Shown in pieces: positions 37,223-45,393 of a DNA stretch of 64,000 nt; position 1 is the stretch's first letter; each line of letters starts with the position of its first letter. The notes beneath the pieces were generated by a model. It was not told the origin of the DNA, made no database searches, and was given only the letters and a program-made list of their open reading frames with translations. The stretch is taken from assembly GCA_031291995.1 (NCBI GenBank), contig JARLHZ010000034.1, forward strand, positions 78,915 to 142,914, in the 5' to 3' direction. The translations under genes and the position numbers were made by a program. The DNA is from Candidatus Doudnabacteria bacterium. Lineage in GTDB: Bacteria > Patescibacteriota > Doudnabacteria > UBA920.

Positions 37223-38689
37223 ATGAATATTCTTTACTGCCGAAAATCCAGCGAAGCCCAAGACCGGCAAGTGGCTTCCATTGATTCCCAAAAAGATAAT
37301 CTTTTGGAATTAGCCAAACGGAATAATTTAAACATTTCTAAAACCTTTACCGAATCTATGTCCGCCAAACAGCCAGGCCGTCCGCAGTTTGAAAAAATGA
37401 TCAAGCTGGTAGAAGCCAAACCCGGCTCTGTGATACTGGTTTGGAAACTAGACCGGCTTGCTCGTAACCCCGTGGACGAGGGCAAAATTAAATGGCTACT
37501 TCAAAAAAGAATTATCAGCCAAATTATCACACCGGAAAGAATTTATTTGCCAGATGACAACGCTTTAATTTCTGCCGTAGAGTTTGGAATGGCCAATCAG
37601 TATATCCGGGATTTATCAACCAACGTAAAACGAGGCAACAAAACCAAACTGGAAAAAGGCGAATTACCCGGAGCCGCGCCTATTGGCTACTTGGATAATC
37701 TTGCTACCAAGAAAAAAGAAATTGACCCAATAAAATCCGTTTTTATTAAACAAGCCTTTGAGCTTTATGCTACTGGCGGCTACAGCCTCAAGGATGTAAA
37801 CAATATTACTTACCAAAATGGCTTTAGGACAAAGGGCGGACTTAAACCAAGTAAAGCCCAGTTTCATCACATTTTACAAAACCCATTTTACTATGGCGCT
37901 ATCCGCCGCAATGGCCAACTTTACCAAGGCATACATCAGCCGATTATCAGCAAAGTTTTATTTGATACTGTCCAAGATGTATTGTCCGGCAAATCACGCT
38001 CCAAAAAACAAAAACATTTTTTTCCAGCTCGTGGTTTTATGTTCTGCCATTCCTGCGGTTGTCTGCTTACTGCCTCCACAAAGAAAGGCCACGCTTATTA
38101 TTACTGCACCAATGGCAAGGGAAATTGTTTGGAACACAAAAAATATTTAAGGGACAAGGCCATTGACGGACTTATAGCCAATACCTTTCAGGAACTTAAA
38201 TTTGATGAACACGATATTGAAATTGCCTATCGTGCCGCAAGAGAAAAAACTATCGCCCAAGCCGGAAACTTAAATGGACAAAAAGACGAACTGGCTAAAA
38301 AGCTAAAATCTACACAAGAGCAGTTAGCAAATCTCATTAAGGTAATTTCTACTGACCCCAGTATGACAAATGCCCTAAAGCCCCAAATTTTAAACCTAGA
38401 GGCCGAAGCAAAAAACATTCAAGGGCAGATTTCTAACCACAAACCCCAAACACTTGATGAGGCCTTAGCTACTTTGGAACAAACAAAAAAGACCTTTTTA
38501 CAGGCCTCGGTAGCGTCTTTTGAGTATTTAGAATCTACTGATGATGAAAAGTTTGAACTTCTGAAAAAATTACTTTGGAACCTGAAACTTAAAAATCAGA
38601 TTGTCCAACAATACCAATTCAAATCTCCATTTTCTCTGCTCGCAGAAAGTCCGAAAAATCTTGTTTTAAACGATTGGCTGGGGTGCTAG
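37223..38689 (+). CDS. Large serine recombinase/integrase. Its 3' end overlaps the tRNA-Gln gene.
   Basis: 488 aa. It has the catalytic motif YCRKSSEAQDRQVASIDSQ, a recombinase domain, a zinc ribbon (CHSCGC...YYYCTNGKGNC) and a coiled-coil C-terminus. It is a paralogue of 7620..8966. Confidence 0.85.
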   Translation: MNILYCRKSSEAQDRQVASIDSQKDNLLELAKRNNLNISKTFTESMSAKQPGRPQFEKMIKLVEAKPGSVILVWKLDRLARNPVDEGKIKWLLQKRIISQIITPERIYLPDDNALISAVEFGMANQYIRDLSTNVKRGNKTKLEKGELPGAAPIGYLDNLATKKKEIDPIKSVFIKQAFELYATGGYSLKDVNNITYQNGFRTKGGLKPSKAQFHHILQNPFYYGAIRRNGQLYQGIHQPIISKVLFDTVQDVLSGKSRSKKQKHFFPARGFMFCHSCGCLLTASTKKGHAYYYCTNGKGNCLEHKKYLRDKAIDGLIANTFQELKFDEHDIEIAYRAAREKTIAQAGNLNGQKDELAKKLKSTQEQLANLIKVISTDPSMTNALKPQILNLEAEAKNIQGQISNHKPQTLDEALATLEQTKKTFLQASVASFEYLESTDDEKFELLKKLLWNLKLKNQIVQQYQFKSPFSLLAESPKNLVLNDWLGC

Positions 38690-38749
38690 GATTCGAACCT
38701 AGGAATGAGCGGTTCAGAGCCGCTTGCCTTACCGCTTGGCTACACCCCA
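38675..38749 (-). tRNA. tRNA-Gln (anticodon CUG) with encoded CCA
   Basis: Manual fold. The acceptor stem is TGGGGTG/CACCCCA. The D-arm is GCC-AAGCGGTAA-GGC. The anticodon stem AGCGG/CCGCT carries the loop CTCTGAA. The T-arm is CTAGG-TTCGAAT-CCTAG, followed by discriminator G and CCA. The sequence closely resembles E. coli tRNA-Gln. Confidence 0.9.
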
Positions 38750-39299
38750 ATATTCAGGCAACTGATATATTATAAAATAATTCCAATAAAAAGAAAAGGG
38801 CACTATTTGGCCTTGAATATACAAAGCATCTGATTGTCGTGAACAAATTCAAACTACTTCAGATAGTTTTGACGCACAAATACACAGTTATACCTGCGCG
38901 GGCTCCGTTTGTAGCCGAGTTGAGTTAGATGGCCAAGGAAAATGTACTAAAGCTTATACATATTTTTTACAAAATTCAACACAGTACCAATCTAGCAACC
39001 AGCCAGTTCAACAGACCCCTAACGATGGGTCTTCTGATGATTCTACTCCTGCTTGGGTAGGGTGGACTATGCTTGCTATTATTTTTATAGCTGGCTATTG
39101 GGCGGTAAAAGAACGTGCAAAGATGATGAAAAAGAAAAACCTAGTTCACACATCTACCGCTCTTACGGATAAAAAATAGGTTTCCACTTCGTCGAATAAG
39201 GCCAGCCAAGAAAAATCACTTATGTTGGCGGATTTTTTTTGTTTTTTGTGGTCCAAAATTTTTGCGTTAGTTCTACACTTTATTTTTTTTGCCAAAAAA

Positions 39300-39336
39300 A
39301 TCCCCGAAGCCAAATTGCATGCTTCGGGGTTGCGAC
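39300..39336 (-). terminator. Rho-independent terminator for the zinc-ribbon gene
   Basis: Minus-strand CCCCGAAGC-ATGCAATTTG-GCTTCGGGG followed by ATTTTTTT. Confidence 0.6.
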
Positions 39337-39348
39337 GGTAATGATTAA

Positions 39349-39630
39349 TTATTCCGTCTTGATTTTGAGTCTGGTCAGAAATCTTTTGTCGTCACCCTTT
39401 ATGGTTAGGGCGAACTGTTCTTGGGTCTGCTTGTCCTTTGCGTCTCTCGCATAGGTACCGAGTGTTTCCAGCGGGATTTCGAAATCTCTCTGTTGGTTGC
39501 AGCGGTCACACCACGTTTCAACACCGAGCTGAAACTCGCTGCTGACATAAATACGCTTTATCCGAGGTGCTTGCTTGCAGTGTAGACATTTCAACTCAAT
39601 GCCCACAAGATAGGGCTGTGTTGGTTGCAT
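39349..39630 (-). CDS. Small zinc-ribbon protein
   Basis: 93 aa with two Cys pairs, CLHC and CDRC. Confidence 0.45.
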   Translation of the reverse strand: MQPTQPYLVGIELKCLHCKQAPRIKRIYVSSEFQLGVETWCDRCNQQRDFEIPLETLGTYARDAKDKQTQEQFALTIKGDDKRFLTRLKIKTE

Positions 39631-39948
39631 GGTGTATGTTCATCCGTGCAATTGCCCAAAATCGCTGCAGGTCGCCGTTAGTATTGTTCTGAGTTTCATA
39701 TGTCCTTCCCTAAGGTTGTCGTTGTGCCTACTTAGGCATAGCTAAAATAACAGAAAGTAATTATCATGTATGTAAAGTTGCAGGGCCTTGAATAACAAAG
39801 AGCCAGGAGCTATTTACAAGTAGCTTACTCCGCGATATGCGGGGGAATATGGCTTGGCCCGAATTTAAGATGGGAAATTATTACGCGGCTTGTACTTGTA
39901 CTTGCAAGAAGGCGGGTTTTGCAATATAATCGACGCAAAGGAGGTCGT

Positions 39949-40152
39949 ATGCCGATGCACGGCGGCTTCATACCGAAAGAAGCGAGCGAGGAACAACAGA
40001 ATGGAATGGTCATGATTGACCAGATTCATTTTCTCATAGAGCATTATGAGAAATGCAATCGCAAGGGGTCTCCCGATTGCGATGCCTGCCAAAGATATCT
40101 GAAAGTTCAAACTGAGCTGTTGCGGCCCTTTGCCATGGGGCGAGGGGCGTAG
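39949..40152 (+). CDS. Small hypothetical protein
   Basis: The start is at MPMHGG, preceded by the RBS AAAGGAGG. The track ORF begins 30 nt upstream. Confidence 0.35.
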   Translation: MPMHGGFIPKEASEEQQNGMVMIDQIHFLIEHYEKCNRKGSPDCDACQRYLKVQTELLRPFAMGRGA

Positions 40153-40634
40153 TGCATTACAAAAAGTGATTCGGCGGCGGGAATGCGCACGCGCGTTTTT
40201 ATACATGATCTACCCGCCGCCGATCATGTTTTTACAAAAATTAGACGGTATTTATTGCCACCTAAAATTAAAATCTACCGCCACGAAACTTCCTGTGGCG
40301 GGCTCCTTAGAGCTTCGTGGAGCTTCCGGTTGATAGGCTTTCCAATCTAAGGCGCTTGCTTGCCTTAAAAGCTAACAACCATAGGAGCCCGCCATGCCTG
40401 AACCGTTTCCCCTGAATAACGATTACTTCATTGCACCTCCTAATTTAACCATACTCCATTATTTGCGATGGTAAATGTTTTTAGCCGGGGATTGCTCCGT
40501 TGTTAACTTGTCTTATAATCTGCCCTTTAATATAAGATAATTTCAGAGAGCGGGAGCGGCTTGTGACAACGTTTTTGCCGTCGCGCTGGGATTAATTTCC
40601 GTTTGTGCTATGATTATGGTAAAGAGGGGGTTTT

Positions 40635-41375
40635 ATGCAAACCCAAACGGTCATTGAACAATTGGGATATTCAAAAAGCCAGGCCAAGATTTATCTGGCA
40701 TCTTTAAGGCTGGGCGAAGCCATAGTTTCCGAGATTGCCGAGCGTGTTGCCATGCCGCGAACCACCGTGGAAGAATTGATACTGGGTATGAATAAACAGG
40801 GGCTGATGAATTATTACGTCAAGCGAGGCAGAAAATACTGGGTGGCGGAAAAACCCGGCCGGCTCCTGGAGATTTTAAAAGGACGGGAAAGCGCCTTTGT
40901 GGAAATTCTGCCACAGCTCGAACAGCTGGGCAAAAAAAATGGTAACAAACCCTCGGTCCACTATTATTCCGGCTTTGAGGAAATAAAAAATATTTTTGAC
41001 GACATTATAGAAACCAAGCACCATGTTAAAGCCCTGCTTTGCTGGGAAGACCTGCAGGAAAATATGGGGCGGCAATTTATGTCCGATTTTGCCGAACGGC
41101 GGTGCAAACATTTTTTAAAAATTCAGGTAATTTCCCCAAACACCCGGGCGGCGGCCGCCATGAAAGCCAGGGACACGGAGGAATCGCGGCAGACCCGCTT
41201 CTTACCGGCGGACGTCCCTCTCCAAAACATCTCGAATTTTATTTACGGGGCTAAAGTGGCGATTATTTCCTTTAATCGCAGGAAAAGCACCGGCGTGGTT
41301 ATAGAAGATCCGGTTGTCGCCCGCGCGCAAACAATTTACTTTGATAATTTGTGGCAGCATAGCGGCATTAACTAA
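40635..41375 (+). CDS. TrmB-family transcriptional regulator
   Basis: 246 aa. The N-terminal winged-HTH region (LGYSKSQAKIYLASLRLGEAIVSEIAERVAMPRTTVEELI) matches TrmB. Confidence 0.65.
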   Translation: MQTQTVIEQLGYSKSQAKIYLASLRLGEAIVSEIAERVAMPRTTVEELILGMNKQGLMNYYVKRGRKYWVAEKPGRLLEILKGRESAFVEILPQLEQLGKKNGNKPSVHYYSGFEEIKNIFDDIIETKHHVKALLCWEDLQENMGRQFMSDFAERRCKHFLKIQVISPNTRAAAAMKARDTEESRQTRFLPADVPLQNISNFIYGAKVAIISFNRRKSTGVVIEDPVVARAQTIYFDNLWQHSGIN

Positions 41376-41651
41376 TTTGTGAACACGACGCGAAGCGCAA
41401 AATTTAAAAATTCGTTTACCACGGCGACAATTTTGTCGCCGTTTTTTTGTCGGCAATCGGTATAAAAATTATCGGGAAAAAATTCGGGCGTATTTAAGGG
41501 ACGGTTTTCGATTAAAATCGCGGAAAATTATAATCGAAATCAGCCGTACTTTTAACGCAAAATCTTGCCAAATAGCCGCTAAGGTTAATAATTAAAGAGC
41601 CAAGAATAATTTTTATATTCGTTAGCCGCCGGAAAAAGGAGGTGGTAAAAT

Positions 41652-42086
41652 ATGCAATTTAATCACGCAGTTTCCAACAAAGTTTCTTCACAAGCATTTG
41701 TCCGCGCGTGGCCGACATTGCCCGCGGGGGAAATTGACATTGTGGAATCGGAAATAGAGCCTCTACCGGGAACTTCAATGTCCGAAGACGGGGGATATCT
41801 TTATATTGAAGCAGCGTTGCCGGGCGTTGACCCCGAAAATATTGAAGTGACATTTGACCAGGACGAAGACGTTGTTTGGATTAGCGGTAAAAGAGCGGAA
41901 CTGGGAAATGAAAACAGAAAATATTATTATAAAACTTTGGGAAGTTTTTCCTACCGCGTCGCCATACCGGAAGCGGTGGTAAAATCGGCCGACACCCGCG
42001 CGATCTGCAAAAACGGCCTGCTTACGGTTTCCCTAACCAGGCTGCCCCGCTTGCTGCCGAGAAAATTGGAGGTGGCGAGCGCGTAA
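41652..42086 (+). CDS. Hsp20/alpha-crystallin family small heat-shock protein
   Basis: 144 aa with an alpha-crystallin domain (LYIEAALPGVDPENIEVTFD...GLLTVSL). Confidence 0.8.
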   Translation: MQFNHAVSNKVSSQAFVRAWPTLPAGEIDIVESEIEPLPGTSMSEDGGYLYIEAALPGVDPENIEVTFDQDEDVVWISGKRAELGNENRKYYYKTLGSFSYRVAIPEAVVKSADTRAICKNGLLTVSLTRLPRLLPRKLEVASA

Positions 42087-42368
42087 TCTACAGAAAAGTT
42101 TTATCCGCCCGCGCCGCCAAAATTTTTAAGGCAAATTAGGGGAGGTGAACGCTTATGAGCAGAACTTACAAATGGCGGGCGCACAAACCACGCCGCAAAG
42201 CCAGGCAGACAAAATCCGTCCGACCCAAACCGATTTTGCGGGCGGCCGCAATTGTCCCATCCTGGTTAAACAACGAATAATTTAAACTATAATATTTTGG
42301 ATGTGTAAAAGGGTAAAGCTACGCCCTTAGAGACAAAGGCCGAATCATTAAATGAAAGGAATATAATT

Positions 42369-42785
42369 ATGGATGATATTTTTATGGAAAATACGGAAGA
42401 TGACGAGACGAGCCAATTTTCCTGGGTTAAAGCCCTATTTTTTGGCTTGCTGACTTGGTGCACTATGTTTATACTCGGGGCGCTTGTGGTAACCGCGCAG
42501 CTGGGTTTGGGGGCTTGGATTATGCTTATTCTGGCGGCCATTGCCGGGCTAGTCAGTTTTGGCTTCGCGACAATCGCGACTCCGGAAAGCGTCGGCCAGG
42601 CAATTGGCTATGGCGCGGTATTCGCGGCTTTTGGCCTGATCCTGGACGTCTTAATCAGCCGGCATTTACAGCCCGGACTTTATGCTGTTTGGACTTACTG
42701 GCTGGCATATGCGCTGGTTTTGTTGTCCCCAATAACCGCTGTCAGCGGACATCATCACCGAACGACCATCCAGCCGCAGTCGTAA
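42369..42785 (+). CDS. Membrane protein
   Basis: 138 aa with four predicted TM helices. Confidence 0.4.
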   Translation: MDDIFMENTEDDETSQFSWVKALFFGLLTWCTMFILGALVVTAQLGLGAWIMLILAAIAGLVSFGFATIATPESVGQAIGYGAVFAAFGLILDVLISRHLQPGLYAVWTYWLAYALVLLSPITAVSGHHHRTTIQPQS

Positions 42786-42847
42786 GCAGTCTTGAAAATT
42801 TAAGGGCGTAGCTAAAAAAACTTAAATGCGAATCTAAATTTAAATAT

Positions 42848-43474
42848 ATGAACGCGTTGGAAATTCCCAATTTACGAGAGTACACCATACACAAAAGCGT
42901 GGTAGTCCTTCTGTTTAAGGGCGGCTTTGCCTGGCTGCTTTTGGTTTTAACAAGTTACGGTTTTAACCGATTGCAGGATTTATCGAGTCTGGCCGGCAGG
43001 GCTTCAATATCCGGTGACGCGCCGTCGATATTCCAGTTGATTTTACATATCCTGTATGGTTGGCTGATTCTTTATGTAATTCTGTCGTGGTTTTTCGAAT
43101 ATTATATAGTCAGAAAAGACGCCATAATTATAAAAAAAGGAATTATTTTTACCCGGGAAGACGTGTTCCAGATTGAAGATGTTAAAATTATCGATATCGT
43201 CCAGGGCTTTATGGGAAAATTATTAAAATACGGCACGATGAAAATTTACGCATTCCGATCCCAGCGCTGGGTCTATTTGGAAAATATTGACAACCCTCAT
43301 GCCATAGCCGCATTCATCCATTCTCTGCATCCGGCGCCAATGACCGTCCAGCGTTCGGCCAGAGTTTTAATGCCATCCGGATCCGCGCGGCGCGGCCGCC
43401 AAAGGCTGGTTTACGCGTACGATGACGGTGAAGACGAAATTGGCGGTGTTGCCGATGACGAAGATGAGGATTAA
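42848..43474 (+). CDS. Membrane protein with a bacterial PH (YdbS/DUF304-like) domain and an acidic C-terminal tail
   Basis: 208 aa with two TM helices, then KKGIIFTREDVFQIEDVKIIDIVQG, ending in DDGEDEIGGVADDEDED. Confidence 0.5.
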   Translation: MNALEIPNLREYTIHKSVVVLLFKGGFAWLLLVLTSYGFNRLQDLSSLAGRASISGDAPSIFQLILHILYGWLILYVILSWFFEYYIVRKDAIIIKKGIIFTREDVFQIEDVKIIDIVQGFMGKLLKYGTMKIYAFRSQRWVYLENIDNPHAIAAFIHSLHPAPMTVQRSARVLMPSGSARRGRQRLVYAYDDGEDEIGGVADDEDED

Positions 43475-43579
43475 AAATCAGGGAGCGAGATTATTTGTGA
43501 CATAAATTTGGCGTAGGGGCAAAATTTAAAGATTTGTGTTATACTTTTTAAAGAAGATTTATGTTTCCCTAAGAAACTT

Positions 43580-44152
43580 ATGTGGTATTTTCTTGTAATA
43601 TTAGGTGCAGCTGTCAATTTTTACGGCTGCACTATTTATATCCGTGATATTTTTCGCGGAACCACCAGGCCAAATCTGGTTACTTGGGTACTTTGGGCCC
43701 TGGCGCCGTTAATAGCCGCGGGCGCGGCGTTTTATGCCGGTAATCGTTGGGTGGTTTTGCCGACTTTTATGGTTGGCTTTTGTCCGATCTTGGTCATTAT
43801 TGCCGCGATAATAAAAAAGAACGCAATTTGGCAACCGTCCAATTTTGACTACTTTTGCGGCAGTTTGTCCTTGATGGCTTTGATTTTACTGTTGTTCACT
43901 AAAAATGCGGATCTGGCGATAGTCTTTTCAATCATCAGCGATTTGCTGGCAGGCCTCCCCACGCTAAAAAAGGCCTGGCTGTTTCCGGATACGGAATCGG
44001 GGATAACTTATATTGCAGCCCTGTTTAATATTTTTACTTCTTTTACGGTTTTAAAAATATATAATTTTTCCGAACTCGCTTTCCCGATTTACAGCGTGTT
44101 TTTGAATTTTTCGATGAGTTTTTTTATTTACAGAAAAAAATTCAAATTGTAA
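43580..44152 (+). CDS. Membrane protein
   Basis: 190 aa multi-TM protein. Confidence 0.4.
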   Translation: MWYFLVILGAAVNFYGCTIYIRDIFRGTTRPNLVTWVLWALAPLIAAGAAFYAGNRWVVLPTFMVGFCPILVIIAAIIKKNAIWQPSNFDYFCGSLSLMALILLLFTKNADLAIVFSIISDLLAGLPTLKKAWLFPDTESGITYIAALFNIFTSFTVLKIYNFSELAFPIYSVFLNFSMSFFIYRKKFKL

Positions 44153-44227
44153 TAATTATCTTATGCGCAATAATTACTATCGGTAGACCACAATTAACCG
44201 CAGGCAATACGCCCGCGGTTTTGTTTG

Positions 44228-44779
44228 TTATACCGCCGGCAGAGTTTCGCGTTCGTAGTAGGTGTAAAGTTTTTTTCGGGCCCGGTATTGGAGGAGCCGG
44301 ACGGCCAGACAGCTTTTGTTTAGGGCTTTGGCCACTTCTTTTATGGGCAGTTCCTTAAAAAATCTTAGTTCCAGGACATGGCGGTGTTTGGGCGGCAAAT
44401 ACTGAATGTTCGCCCGAGCTGTTTCCAAATCCGAATTGGCCAACACGGATTGGAACAGGGAATGACGGTCGGGGATTTCGAAATTTTCATCAATGCCAAT
44501 AATTTCCGGCTGGCGATATTTTTTTCGGAGATGGTCGTTGATGGTGTTGCTGGCTATCTTAAACAGCCAGGCCGTAAAATTTATCGTACCCGGGCGCAGG
44601 GAAGACATTCCTTTGTAGGTTTTAATAAAGACTTCCTGCAATACGTCTTCGGCGTCTTGGCGATTCTGGATTTTTCGCCTAATAAAGGAAAAGGTTCTTT
44701 GCGCGAATCGTTCATATAATTGTTCAAATGCCGTTTCGTTGCCATTTTTGGCCAAAACGGCGAGGTCGTTGGTTTCCAT
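44228..44779 (-). CDS. ECF-family RNA polymerase sigma factor
   Basis: 183 aa with sigma70 region 2 (VLQEVFIKTYK) and region 4 (LPIKEVAKALNKSCLAVRLLQYRARKKL). Confidence 0.8.
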   Translation of the reverse strand: METNDLAVLAKNGNETAFEQLYERFAQRTFSFIRRKIQNRQDAEDVLQEVFIKTYKGMSSLRPGTINFTAWLFKIASNTINDHLRKKYRQPEIIGIDENFEIPDRHSLFQSVLANSDLETARANIQYLPPKHRHVLELRFFKELPIKEVAKALNKSCLAVRLLQYRARKKLYTYYERETLPAV

Positions 44780-44789
44780 ATAATTTGTT

Positions 44790-45200
44790 TTAATTATTTG
44801 CGGTAGGGGAGAATGAGGACAGTTTGAGTTTATTCCTTACGTCACTTATTACTTGTTCAAAACTCCAGTGGTTATCCATATAATAGTTTTCCTGAGGAGG
44901 ATCAATTTCCTCGTGATCCTCCAGCTCCGATCCTATCCAGCCGCTCAGGAACATAACGGGGGTACTTTCCACATGCTTATTCTCCCGGATTTTTTTTATT
45001 AAGGTAAAGCCATCGGCATTGGACAGAACCAGATCCACCAGCAACAAATCGGGCCGGAATTTTAAAACTAAATTTAGGGCGCTGTCCGCGTCATTTGCGG
45101 CTAAGACGTTCAGCCCCTCCCTGCGAAAAGCTTCGACCCAGGCTTTTAACAGGGATTTCTCGTCCTCAACGACTAATATGGTAGGTAAGTTTTTTTGCAT
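44790..45200 (-). CDS. Single-domain response regulator (receiver), co-transcribed with the ECF sigma factor
   Basis: 136 aa with the CheY-like motif ILVVEDE...DLLLVDL...K. Confidence 0.75.
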   Translation of the reverse strand: MQKNLPTILVVEDEKSLLKAWVEAFRREGLNVLAANDADSALNLVLKFRPDLLLVDLVLSNADGFTLIKKIRENKHVESTPVMFLSGWIGSELEDHEEIDPPQENYYMDNHWSFEQVISDVRNKLKLSSFSPTANN

Positions 45201-45229
45201 ACGTTTTTTTCGATAATGTTTAAAAATAA

Positions 45230-45325
45230 AAACCGCACAATTTTTTATTGTCCGGTTTCGCCACTGGCCTATCCGTGATTATAAGGCGACCAAATAATAA
45301 ATCACGGGTTACTGGCTTACACTTA
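45230..45325 (-). promoter_or_regulatory. Copy 1 of a duplicated promoter/leader element. A conserved block ..AACC.GT.ATTTAT.ATTTGGTCGCCTTATAAT.. is followed by GGCCAGTGGCGAAACCGGACAAT and a terminator-like hairpin. It lies upstream of the response-regulator/ECF operon.
   Basis: About 85% identity with 49150-49270. On the minus strand it has TATAAT and AAC-N17-GTC spacing. The hairpin CCGGACAAT-AAAAA-ATTGTGCGG is followed by a T-run. Confidence 0.55.
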
Positions 45326-45393
45326 CTGGGACTTGGGCGTTTTGTCAAATTGTTTAATTTAGACGAAACGTTTAAGTCCTAAAATATAAAATT

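Noticed and set aside
39865-40206. 113-aa minus-strand ORF overlapping the small plus-strand gene at 39949
   Set aside because: It has no RBS or motifs and is antisense to an ORF that has a good Shine-Dalgarno sequence.
40488-40499. 12-mer GGGGATTGCTCC shared with 32779-32790
   Set aside because: A single short match in two otherwise unrelated spacers is more likely chance. It is noted only in case a genome-wide search shows more copies.
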